Shown: positions 1 through 12,220, numbered from the stretch's first letter. The stretch: DNA of 60,399 nucleotides from Octopus bimaculoides (GCF_001194135.2 NC_068988.1:58700616-58761014); one strand, 5' to 3'. Numbers and translations are program-made. Notes: generated by a model from the letters alone, not told the origin.

Positions 1-54
<54 letters not shown>

Positions 55-69
55 TAGATAGATAGATAT
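1..69. repeat. Compound microsatellite (TA)n-(GA)n-(GATA)n
   Basis: Read directly from the sequence. Confidence 0.97.
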
Positions 70-577
70 CATTTAGGTGGGTAGCTGCACATGTGACTCA
101 TGTGCTTTGAATTCCATGCCAACGCACTTCCAATTATAGCTACAAACCTACTTACATGCTTCCGTAAATATGCATGTTTGTATGTGTGTGCACGTGCACA
201 TATATACATACACATATTTGTATGATTTGAATATAGATGTGCGTATATATCCATACTCATTACATGAGTTGACATATATGGGTGTATATATATCTATACA
301 CGTATTTCATGCATAGACATATATGTGCGTGTGTGTATTCTGCCCTAACTCTTCGAAACGCTTAATTTTAGAATGGTGGCAGCTGATGAAGGAAATGTTC
401 TGTATGTGGCCTGTGTGTTTTCTGAGCTCTATTTATGTTCTGTTTTCCTTTTGTCCACGTTTTTTTGTGACGTCCTGTACCCAGATATGCATCTCTATAT
501 ACATAGTAGATGTAGGTATGTACATACATGTACGTATATATGCATATACTCTCATATTATTTGTATTATATATGTAT

Positions 578-629
<52 letters not shown>

Positions 630-631
<2 letters not shown>

Positions 632-815
632 GAGAATGTACGAAAAAACAACAACAGACGAGGACAGGTGGTGTAAACAACAAAAGGATGTATTAGTATG
701 ACGCTCGGGAATATGGAAAGTCTTTAACGTTTCGAGCTACGCTCTTCAACAGAAAGAATACGGAGACAAGGAGAAAAACACGGAGAAAGAAAATTGAATA
801 GTGTTCGGTCAACGG
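630..815 (-). mobile_element. Short Penelope-type terminal repeat / non-autonomous element with minimal hammerhead motif (copy 1)
   Basis: Lies between TA-rich tracts. Minus strand has a pyrimidine-rich leader with ctccg repeats, an HHR-like core, then cccgagcgtc ... gtcctc ... T-rich end. Same block order as 9000-9190. Confidence 0.65.
721..757 (-). ncRNA. Minimal type-I hammerhead ribozyme-like motif (A6>U core variant)
   Basis: Reverse complement reads UCUUU-CUGUUGA-A-GAGC-GUA-GCUC-GAAA-C-GUU-AAAGA: 5-bp stem I (UCUUU/AAAGA), 4-bp stem II, GAAA, palindromic ACGU helix III. Confidence 0.6.
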
Positions 816-1039
816 TCATATATATATATACATGTATATATACACATGCATATATATATATTTGTATGCGTGTGTGTGTGTGCTCGCGCGGGTATGATAA
901 AGGCTCTGATTTCCAGTACTCAGATTTGCTTGTTTTCGGTCATCATCTGATAAACCTAGCCTGGTCTTCTATTGAATATCCACTATCTGAAATATGAAAT
1001 GAAGGTTTGAAGGAAAAGATTATCCGTATGTCCTTTCGT

Positions 1040-1630
1040 TCAAAAATCTTTATAGGCGACACGTGCGAAAAGAAATACTTATAGGAAATTTAGAAATGCA
1101 GTTTATAGGTCTATAAATCTTGAAGCTTAGGAGTTAGCCGAAAAAACCCCCAGAAATTAGATGATGGGTTAGAATGTCTGGTAACCCGGCCCTCTTTTAT
1201 AAAGTTGAAGGATCATAAAGTAGCCCTGAATGTAGATTGATTAGGCCGAGTGAGCTAGAGTTAGGTGTATTTAGTTAAAAAATATTAGAGAAAATCTTTT
1301 TCAGGGTAAAAGCAGTTTCATCATTATGGTATAACACTGTAGAAGTGTTGGTATTGTTTAAGAGAATAAAAGACAAGAGAAAGCAATTTGATATTACTGA
1401 CTTTTATCCTTCTGTATCCAAAACACTCGTAATGAAAGCCCTAGGTTTTGTAAAGTCAGTCACTGTATTCTAGATTTACTGAGAACAAAATTTCCAGAAA
1501 TCGACTGTGGTTTTCATCGTGATGATGGCCTGACTCTATCAAGAAACTGCAACAGTCATAAATTAGCGAGGGTTACGAAAAATTTGGATAAAGTTTTTCA
1601 GGAAATAAGCCTTAGTATTACTGTTTAATT
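1040..1630 (+). pseudogene. Degenerate Penelope-like reverse transcriptase fragment
   Basis: Manual translation gives INLEA..LDDGLECL..PSFIKLKDHK..PECRLIRPSELELG, then KQFDITDFYPSVSKTLVMKALGF (from 1381), then IDCGFHRDDGLTL..KVFQEISLSITV. These match PLE RT motifs LKDHK, CRLINP, FDIxDFYPSI and YRDDGL. Stops, frameshifts and an internal deletion are present. Confidence 0.85.
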
Positions 1631-1639
1631 AAACTTAAA

Positions 1640-2330
1640 ATCATCTTTGTCCATGATTACTATCGCCCCTCCCTTATCGGCTTCTTTTAGGGTGATTGAA
1701 TTGTTATTCTTCAGTGTTGGTAAGGCTTCCTTTTCATCTTCACGAAGGTTCTGCTTGCATTTATTGGTACTTAGGGAAATTTCAAAATTGTGTCTCTATA
1801 GGCATGTAAATGTTTGTCATTCGCTCTGTAGGGGTTGAAGTGGGATTTATTTCTGACAATTGATTCGTTATTTATATCCTTATTGCCGAAGTATTCTATA
1901 AGCCGGAGGTGGCGGTTAAATGCTCAATATAAACTTTTAGTTCAATGAGATTAGGGGTGGGAGAAACCTTTCAATGGGAGATTCATTTCATTCCTGTTGA
2001 GGTTTCTATTTAACAAATTTATGATATTCGGGTCTATATGTTCTGTGTGCTCATAAAAATTTTCTGTTGAGTCGGGTGTGGTGCGCGATTGTGCTATTTT
2101 CTCACCCCCAAAAGAATTGTATTATTGTCTTTTCATTCTTTGTTGTGTCCGGGGTTCTGGTTCCCTCGTAGGTGAGGGGATGGTTCATGTTCTTTGCACG
2201 TATTTCGTCGTCTATAAGTTCTGTCTTCTTCATATCTTCTATGTTTATTGGGTTATTCAGGATGTATGGGATTGTTGGTCGTAAATCGTGGGTTTCTTGA
2301 GTTTCCATGATGATTATTTATATTATGGTT
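1640..2330 (-). pseudogene. Degenerate Penelope-like ORF N-terminal region (upstream of RT)
   Basis: Minus strand: PNIINLLNRNLNRNEMNL.LKGF/SPTP, then NLREDEKEALPTLKNNNSITLKEADKGGAIVIMDKDDF, matching the PLE motifs INLS..LT..E..LL.KGL.F.PTP and ADKGGAVVIMDK. Confidence 0.8.
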
Positions 2331-2499
2331 TCTGTATTGTCCCTATTTTACTTGTCCTTCTTTCCATGTATTCATCCATCTAGGGTATTTCATATTATGG
2401 GTTGATGATTGTTTTCTATATTCCATGTGTTTGTTTATTGCAGTGTCATGTTTTGGTATTGCAGAATATGGGTTTCTGGTCTGCACCTGGGGTGAACTG

Positions 2500-2559
2500 G
2501 AGGTTCGATGCCCCAATCTGGTTCCTCTAGAGGTTTGATGCCTTAATCTGGTTCCTCTG
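2500..2559. repeat. 30-bp tandem duplication
   Basis: gaggttcgatgccccaatctggttcctcta / gaggtttgatgccttaatctggttcctctg. Confidence 0.9.
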
Positions 2560-2881
2560 GGGCCGGTGTCTATGTTTGTTTTTGATTTTGATTATAAGTG
2601 TGTCAGGGTGTTTGTGTGTCTGTATATATATANNNNNNNNNNNNNNNNNNNNNNNNNNNNNNNNNNNNNNNNNNNNNNNNNNNNNNNNNNNNNNNNNNNN
2701 NNNNNNNNNNNNNNNNNNNNNNNNNNNNNNNNNNNNNNNNNNNNNNNNNNNNNNNNNNNNNNNNNNNNNNNNNNNNNNNNNNNNNNNNNNNNNNNNNNNN
2801 NNNNNNNNNNNNNNNNNNNNNNNNNNNNNNNNNNNNNNNNNNNNNNNNNNNNNNNNNNNNNNNNNNNNNNNNNNNNNNNNN

Positions 2882-2917
<36 letters not shown>

Positions 2918-4716
2918 CATGCATAATATACTTATACGCATTTATACATATATGTATAAGTACACACATTCATACATGCATAAATGCATACATACATACA
3001 TAACTGTGTGTGGTTCCTCTCTTTACTTCAATGAATGAGGATTCAGCAAGCTACCTGCTCCATGTTTGTGGAAACCTACCATCACTCTATAAATGCCGGT
3101 GTGCAAGGTCAACACCGATGATTTCCAGTAGCATACTTTACCTACCCCTTTTGCCTCTTTCCTCGTCGCCACTTGACTTATGAAGAAAGTGTGATGTTGT
3201 TGTTGCTGCTGCTGTTGGCGTCTTGGATTGCTGAACAGCCTGCACGATGAATATTATTGTTATAGTAGCATAGTTTGTGCAGAGCGAATGCCATTCTTTT
3301 GTCCGACAATCTTCAATTGGTCTAGTACAAGTGCCAAAAGCCCAGGAGTTATCAAGAAGCACGGTGTGCACGGATTTATCTACTTTTAGAGGAGTTGCCA
3401 AAGAAAATAAAGGCTTTATCTCTCCAAAATGTGTATATATGATGTTCAAAAGTGTGTACTATGTGATATGTGTATGTGTGCGTGTGTATGTGTGCGTGTG
3501 TACGTGTGTGTGTGTCTATATGGATATATACCCATACATATATATATATGNNNNNNNNNNNNNNNNNNNNNNNNNNNNNNNNNNNNNNNNNNNNNNNNNN
3601 NNNNNNNNNNNNNNNNNNNNNNNNNNNNNNNNNNNNNNNNNNNNNNNNNNNNNNNNNNNNNNNNNNNNNNNNNNNNNNNNNNNNNNNNNNNNNNNNNNNN
3701 NNNNNNNNNNNNNNNNNNNNNNNNNNNNNNNNNNNNNNNNNNNNNNNNNNNNNNNNNNNNNNNNNNNNNNNNNNNNNNNNNNNNNNNNNNNNNNNNNNNN
3801 NNNNNNNNNNNNNNNNNNNNNNNNNNNNNNNNNNNNNNNNNNNNNNNNNNNNNNNNNNNNNNNNNNNNNNNNNNNNNNNNNNNNNNNNNNNNNNNNNNNN
3901 NNNNNNNNNNNNNNNNNNNNNNNNNNNNNNNNNNNNNNNNNNNNNNNNNNNNNNNNNNNNNNNNNNNNNNNNNNNNNNNNNNNNNNNNNNNNNNNNNNNN
4001 NNNNNNNNNNNNNNNNNNNNNNNNNNNNNNNNNNNNNNNNNNNNNNNNNNNNNNNNNATATATACAATCAATGTGTAGCGTGCGTCGCTATTCAAACTTT
4101 CTCGGCTCCGTTCTTCAGTTTAATGACTATTTGTTTTCTCTTTTCCTTCCACATTTGTATCCTGTATAAATTTTCTATTGTTGAATCATTTTTTTTTGTG
4201 CGCCACATCTGTTAGTTAGTAGCTCTGTTGTTACCAAGATCCTGGGTCCAAATTCTTTTCTACTGTCAGCTGATCTACATAAAGCTATCTGATTGTTGCA
4301 TATATAAAGAATATTCTCAGTTTAGTTATACAGGCGCGTGAAAAACGAAGGTAAAAAAAAAAAATTGCTGAAAGGGATTCAATGCAATTCGACTTTGAAT
4401 AAATGTTATCTCATGCTACTAAAATAAAATTCCGTACATTTTATTCGTATTATTTCATTCATTTTGGCATTGAACCATCATGTCTTTCTCTTTCGTTGCC
4501 TCCTCTATGTACTTACACACTACTTATTTACCTATCTCTTATTCTCTCCTTCTTGTAGTCTCACAGACTGTCCGTTTATCTGTCTGCCTGTCTGCCTGCT
4601 TGTCTCCCTGTCTCCCTGTCTTTCTGTCCATTTGGGTTTCTCTCTCTCTCTATCTATCTACATACATACACATACATGCTTACATACACACGCACGCGCT
4701 CACACTCAGAAACAAA

Positions 4717-4756
<40 letters not shown>

Positions 4757-5084
4757 NNNNNNNNNNTAAATTTCTATCCTTTTGTTAATATATTCTTATT
4801 AATAACCCTATGAATATCCATAAACTTTGTCTGTATACAATATAGCAACATTGTTTTAAAACTTCCCCTGTTTCATTATCAATGGTCTACTAGTGGGCTA
4901 CCCCTTAGTTGTCAGCCAACATCTTGTTTTAAGTTATCCTTTATCAAACTTCTTGCGTTTATGACTGTACCAACCATGATTTCTGTCTGCACTCTCACCC
5001 GTATCCCTAATAGATAATGCCCTTTATTTCTCGTAAGCTTTAAGGTTTGATATGGTGCGTAAACTTAAGTACCATATTCCCTTG

Positions 5085-5123
<39 letters not shown>

Positions 5124-5499
5124 NNNNNNNNNNNNNNNNNNNNNNNNNNNNNNNNNNNNNNNNNNNNNNNNNNNNNNNNNNNNNNNNNNNNNNNNNNNNN
5201 NNNNNNNNNNNNNNNNNNNNNNNNNNNNNNNNNNNNNNNNNNNNNNNNNNNNNNNNNNNNNNNNNNNNNNNNNNNNNNNNNNNNNNNNNNNNNNNNNNNN
5301 NNNNNNNNNNNNNNNNNNNNATACAAGGATTGGACAAAATAATGGAAACACCTTAAAAGTCCAAACAAATTTGTTTTAATATGGGGTAGGACCACATTTG
5401 GTAGTAATAACAGCTTGAATTCTATGAGGTATGAACTCGTACAAAGTTTGAATTGTTTCCAAACGAATATTTGTCCATTCTTCAGCTATATATTATTCA

Positions 5500-6141
5500 T
5501 TTAAAATACAGAGATGCCTATAATAGGACATCTAACCCGCTAGAAAGAGCAGCAAAAAACCCTATACCACAAAAATTAGGGATAATTTCGAAAGGGAATG
5601 AAAAATAAAAACATTTACCAATCTATTTTCCGTACCATGGTTTCAAGCTATTTTAACAAAATAAAATATTTTGCCAGGTCTATTATATATAGTCTATTGA
5701 CTAATTTTTTCTCGCTAGACCACTGGTAATAAATAAAATTTCTAAAATTGTTTTGCTACCCTATGATTTATTAATAATGATAAAATATAATTTTTTTAAT
5801 TTCTGAAAGAAAATCGGCATTTTTTTGTATTTGCTGCCGATAAGGTAAACCGCACATGCGCAGTAAATTTTGAAAAATTAAGCATATAAGCATAAGTCAT
5901 GTTGTCTATGTTTGCCTCGTGTTTATATGCTACATCTAGGTTATTCCGCTGAAGATAGCTGAGCTGGCAAAATATTTTATTTTGCTAAAATAGCTTGAAA
6001 CCATGGTACGGAAAATAGATAGGTAAATGCTTTTATTTTTCATTCCCTTTCGAAATTATCCCTAATTTTTGTAGTATAGAGTTCTTTGCTGCTCTTTCTA
6101 GCGGGTTAGATGTCCTATTATAGGCATCTCTGTATTTTAAA
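5500..6141. mobile_element. MITE / foldback DNA transposon with ~180-bp terminal inverted repeats
   Basis: 5500-5680 (tttaaaatacagagatgcctataataggacatctaacccgctagaaagagcagc...ttgccag) is the near-perfect reverse complement of 5961-6141. Non-coding ~280-bp spacer. Confidence 0.92.
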
Positions 6142-6541
6142 TTAAATATATATATACATATATATACATTCATGTACATATGCACACGTACATAAATATA
6201 GAAAAACTTTAAAAAAATGAGTAAGACGATAGATCAATCAACATCACTTTTGCCAATAACACCATTTTCCTTAATATGTTATAGTGGTTCTGAGCATATA
6301 TGGAAAATTACTTCTGAATATCACATTACACTTTGGATATGACTAATGACCATTTCAAATTTTCGCTGTACAATATAACATTTACAGAAAGTATTCATAG
6401 CTATGTGTTCGAAACGAAAACATACACACAAAGCTACTGAAAAATGTAGGTCTTCATAACCACCAGCACAGACATAAAATTATATGAGAACTGAAACATA
6501 AGTCATCACTCCCACAAATTGCATATGAGATTATATAAATT

Positions 6542-6940
<399 letters not shown>

Positions 6941-8538
6941 GATGATTTTAATGGCATCTTCTTGCTCTGTCGGACTTCGGACATTAGTCTATATAATTTC
7001 AAATATTTCTATACGGAGTTCAACATTTCTTGTTAAGTCATGTACCCGAGCAATTATCTTGCAAAGATAAAAATTGCAGAGTACAAAAGGAATTGGGGAA
7101 AAAAAGAATAATAAAGATTCAAATATATAATTAATCAGAGAGAAGTGAGCAGACGCTCTCTTATGTAATACGTCTTATAGTTGATAGATAAGCGATATTT
7201 CTGGAGTATGAGCCACGTTATTTGTTTTCTTTCTCTTTTCCATCTCAAACTTGTCCTAATGATAATCATGCTTAATAAAATTGTGTGGATTTGTGTATGT
7301 ACGAATGTGTGTATATATATATATATATATATACACACAAAGATAAAAAGAGAGAGGGATTGATAGACAGATATAAAGAAATGTATATACAAACAGACAC
7401 ATACACGCAAACGCACACACACACACGCACACACACGCACACACGCATACACACACATACATAAAGGCAAAGAGAGAGAGATTGATAGATAGATATATAC
7501 AACTGTATATACAAAGAAAACACACACATATATATGTATCTTTGTATTTTGCGTAGAATTATATATATATTTTTTCTGTGTGTATATACATACATAAATA
7601 CATATANNNNNNNNNNNNNNNNNNNNNNNNNNNNNNNNNNNNNNNNNNNNNNNNNNNNNNNNNNNNNNNNNNNNNNNNNNNNNNNNNNNNNNNNNNNNNN
7701 NNNNNNNNNNNNNNNNNNNNNNNNNNNNNNNNNNNNNNNNNNNNNNNNNNNNNNNNNNNNNNNNNNNNNNNNNNNNNNNNNNNNNNNNNNNNNNNNNNNN
7801 NNNNNNNNNNNNNNNNNNNNNNNNNNNNNNNNNNNNNNNNNNNNNNNNNNNNNNNNNNNNNNNNNNNNNNNNNNNNNNNNNNNNNNNNNNNNNNNNNNNN
7901 NNNNNNNNNNNNNNNNNNNNNNNNNNNNNNNNNNNNNNNNNNNNNNNNNNNNNNNNNNNNNNNNNNNNNNNNNNNNNNNNNNNNNNNNNNNNNNNNNNNN
8001 NNNNNNNNNNNNNNNNNNNNNNNNNNNNNNNNNNNNNNNNNNNNNNNNNNNNNNNNNNNNNNNNNNNNNNNNNNNNNNNNNNNNNNNNNNNNNNNNNNNN
8101 NNNNNNNNNNNNNNNNNNNNNNNNNNNNNNNNNNNNNNNNNNNNNNNNNNNNNNNNNNNNNNNNNNNNNNNNNNNNNNNNNNNNNNNNNNNNNNNNNNNN
8201 NNNNNNNNNNNNNNNNNNNNNNNNNNNNNNNNNNNNNNNNNNNNNNNNNNNNNNNNNNNNNNNNNNNNNNNNNNNNNNNNNNNNNNNNNNNNNNNNNNNN
8301 NNNNNNNNNNNNNNNNNNNNNNNNNNNNNNNNNNNNNNNNNNNNNNNNNNNNNNNNNNNNNNNNNNNNNNNNNNNNNNNNNNNNNNNNNNNNNNNNNNNN
8401 NNNNNNNNNNNNNNNNNNNNNNNNNNNNNNNNNNNNNNNNNNNNNNNNNNNNNNNNNGAAAGAGGAAAATAAATAATAAAGGATAGGCAAAGGATAGATA
8501 CATTAAGGGATAGATATGTAGTTAGTTGCTAAACAGGG

Positions 8539-8569
<31 letters not shown>

Positions 8570-8999
8570 GAGAGAAAGAGAGAAAGAGGGGTTTCTTTTT
8601 ACTTTGATGCGGTCAATTCATTGAAATTTCATCAAAAAAGAATTTTCTTTTCTTTTTTTCTTCCCGTTGCACACCTATCAATATATTTGTAAATAAACAC
8701 ATTTTCCCACAAGAGCTGGTGACCTTTTAAGATGTCATGTTTAAGAAGTAGGATGGGAAAGACAAGGAAAGATGGTCATCACTTAAAAAAAGTGTTGAAA
8801 GTTCAAAGTCCTATGAAAATGCATATTCCTTTACACCTGTGTAGTCAAATCCAGTATTGTATGTAATTCCATGTTTTGCATGAACAAACATTAAATATTC
8901 ATACAAAAGTTGTCAAAATCCCAATGTTATATACATATATATCTGATCAGTTATTAAAATCCCAATGTTATGTATATATATATATACATAACATAATGT

Positions 9000-9187
9000 A
9001 ACCTCGTGGGCATCGGTACCATTTTCCTCTTTCTCCGTTCTTCCATTCTCCGAACTTTCCATCTTTCCGACGAAGGGCTACGCCCGAAACGTCATACACT
9101 CTCTCTTTCCTTTCCTGAGCGTCCAATAACACTATCCATATCACGTCCTCACTTTGTTTTATTTGTTTTTTTGTTATTGTTTTTTTG

Positions 9188-9190
<3 letters not shown>
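9000..9190 (+). mobile_element. Short Penelope-type terminal repeat / non-autonomous element with minimal hammerhead motif (copy 2)
   Basis: Pyrimidine leader with ctccg, HHR-like core, cctgagcgtc ... gtcctc ... T-rich end, then (TA)n. Collinear with the reverse complement of 630-815. Confidence 0.65.
9061..9098 (+). ncRNA. Minimal hammerhead ribozyme-like motif (U4>C core variant, decayed stem I)
   Basis: AUCUUU-CCGACGA-A-GGGC-UAC-GCCC-GAAA-C-GUC-AUACA. Confidence 0.55.
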
Positions 9191-9234
<44 letters not shown>

Positions 9235-9578
9235 CATTTATAGAGATGAATATCACGTTATTAACATTGGAGCCACATTCAGACGCAATAGTGAAAAATA
9301 AATGTTTTCTCTTCATCCGTCATCATTGCTATTGCTATAAAAGAAATAATAATAAAGTGGTAAAATGATCATGAAGAAGCTTTCTTGAAAGACACCAAAA
9401 CCATCTAGCATACAATGATGCCACCTTATATAGTATGTGAATATTGTTAGACAGCAATATAACGTTCATTGGAACATTCATTTATATTATTTCTCTTTAG
9501 CCGCATTAGTTGGTTACAACGTTTGTGTGAGCTAACGATGTAATGTTCATTGTTTGTTTCATTTGGAGCGAGCGAGAG

Positions 9579-9613
<35 letters not shown>

Positions 9614-10113
9614 GCAGGAGAGACAGAGACAGAGACATAAATAGAGACAGAAAAAGACAGAGAGAGAGGCACCATTCATAACAAAGCTGTAGAATGGGAC
9701 ATAATTCTTCCCTCTCTCTCTCAATCTCTCTCGATTTCTCCTTCTCTCTCTCCCTGTAGCATTTTACTCGATCAAATATTAGATCGATTACATATGCATT
9801 TCGCAACATTCAGCTGTTTCGTATGCCATTCTATTTGAAACGCATGTTGCAGATGAAATCGTTAATTAACTTAATTCTTTCTGGTTTTACTAATATTCTC
9901 AGTGGTCAATGCACCAAATTACTTCGGTGTTTGTAAACAAATTTATAACTTGGGTCTGCTCTTAAAAGTGCAATAACAATCGAAGTGGATTACTGCGTCC
10001 CTAATTGGACAATTTAGTTAGGTGAGTTCGATCTCTACAGATTGCTTAAAAGCGATCTCACCTACATGTATCTGATCCTTTTTTTCTCCTTCGTTATAAT
10101 ATATGTATGTACA

Positions 10114-10194
<81 letters not shown>

Positions 10195-10339
10195 GGATGT
10201 GTGTGCGTGTGTGTGTACGAATGTACGTTTCTATGCATATATATACATATACAGTATCTCTCAGAAGTGTGTACACTCCACAACAAATTTCAGTAAAATT
10301 GCCATTATCCTGATAATATCGAAGGAAATCAAACGAAGT

Positions 10340-10730
10340 TTATACTGAACAAGATAAATCATACAGGCTAACATAATACAAATTTGGAACACAAAACACA
10401 CATTTTGAAAGATAAACGAAATATTAATTTTGAAAGGTTACAAAAATATGTACACCCTAAAGTAAATTTGCTATACTCACAATTTTATCCAATTGCTTTT
10501 GCTAAATTCAGATATTGCTGATAATTTCAATTCAAATGAATTATTTCTCCTGGTGTTTTTTCACTGGTCATTGTTATTGCATCTGCAGTGAAAATCTTCT
10601 TTATTGTGATTAAAACAGCACCAAAAGGAAAAGAATTGTCTGACGATTTGAAGAAAATTATTTTTAATTTGCACAAGAATGGTTTAGGATACAAGTTAAT
10701 TAGCAAACGAGTACATATTAGCGTTAACAC
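10340..10730 (+). mobile_element. Tc1-family transposon 5' remnant (paired-like HTH of transposase)
   Basis: 10615-10730 translates (T)APKGKELSDDLKKIIFNLHKNGLGYKLISKRVHISVNT, a typical Tc1 N-terminus with the ATG mutated. Truncated by (TA)n and a gap. Left end is approximate. Confidence 0.75.
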
Positions 10731-10762
<32 letters not shown>

Positions 10763-10957
10763 NNNNNNNNNNNNNNNNNNNNNNNNNNNNNNNNNNNNNN
10801 NNNNNNNNNNNNNNNNNNNNNNNNNNNNNNNNNNNNNNNNNNNNNNNAAATTAATACATGGTAACACATTACGCATGGCTGTTTATATTAATTTTTATGT
10901 ATATATGGATCTGTTCAGTTTGGTTCAACAGATCCATATGTATATATATACATACAT

Positions 10958-10993
<36 letters not shown>

Positions 10994-11048
10994 TATACAT
11001 ATGCATTTACAAATATGTATATGTGTGTGCCTACCTGTGCGTGTGCGT

Positions 11049-11080
<32 letters not shown>

Positions 11081-12220
11081 TCTACACATATTTCATTTGT
11101 CTCCACACTAAACAAAGAATACCCGCCAATTTTAGAGTATAAATTCTAAATATAATAAAGCGAGATAGAATAAATTCTGAGATTATTCCGATTCGGAAGA
11201 GTATTCACTCTTATAGGCAATAAGGTCTTTGCAATAATTATAAATTCAAAAGTCTCTCTTTTATAATGCGACATCTCCTTCGTAAGCAAGATCTTTGATC
11301 TATCGATGCGCAGGTTTGTTGCCGCCGAAGTAGTCGACTGAAATGGTTTAGGCATGTTTATAAACACATTCAAAAAAGATTAGTCAGCATAAGACGTGAA
11401 AATAATTAATTATGAATATGTTAATGTTTTTTCTCTTTATATTTGTGACCACAAAGAATAATTCTTTGCTTTTCACCGTAATGTTATCGTATTTGTTTAT
11501 TAAAAACACATATCTATTTAATTACATTGGAGTTACAACTCATTTCATTAGCTGTGAAGTACTTTTAGTAATTTATTAATGTTACATTTCTATGCTTGTA
11601 CTATTATGTAAATCAGACGCACCAATTTAGGTCTAAGCGGGGTTTGTGTTTACTATAAATACCTTTTAGGATACATTCCATCTTGGTTCAGAAAAAGAGT
11701 AATTGATCTCTGATGATATGGTAATTATTACTGAATATAATCAGTCTGATCGGTTTGTTTTTGTAACAGATAGCCAAAGAAAAAACACAAAAACAAAACG
11801 ATTATGTTGATTCTGACATTGACTATGTACAGAGTGAAGCAGAAATGAATGTTTGTTAGAAACAGAAGTTATCTTGTGTGTGCAATGTGTATATATATAT
11901 ATATATATATATGGGTGTATATATATGGGTGTATATATTTATCTATCTAGAAACATGCATATTTGAATACATAGAGAGAGACAGAGAGAAAGAGGGGAGT
12001 GATAGAAAGAAAGAGAAAAAGACAGAGAATGACAGATAGCTTCATAGATACTTTGATAGATTGATCTTTGTGGTCAGTGTGGGTGTGTATGCACGTGTTA
12101 ACATATCACATATGTTTGCTAATGTAATTATATACTGTTCTCAATTAGATCAATTATATGTTGTGTATAAAACAGTCGGTTATATATGTTTGCATGTATG
12201 TATTTATGTATACATACAAT

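Noticed and set aside
330-500. cgaaacgc...CTGATGA-AG-GAAA, a possible third hammerhead/PLE terminus
   Set aside because: No stem II between CUGAUGA and GAAA and no convincing stem I. It may be a PLE-type repeat but cannot be supported as a ribozyme.
8915-8971. 16-bp direct repeat aaaatcccaatgttat as a TSD of the HHR element
   Set aside because: Both copies lie on the same side of the element, so this is a local duplication.
11175-11270. ILRLFRFGRVFTLIG, resembling a voltage-sensor S4 helix
   Set aside because: Bounded by in-frame stops with no usable splice acceptor; judged coincidental.
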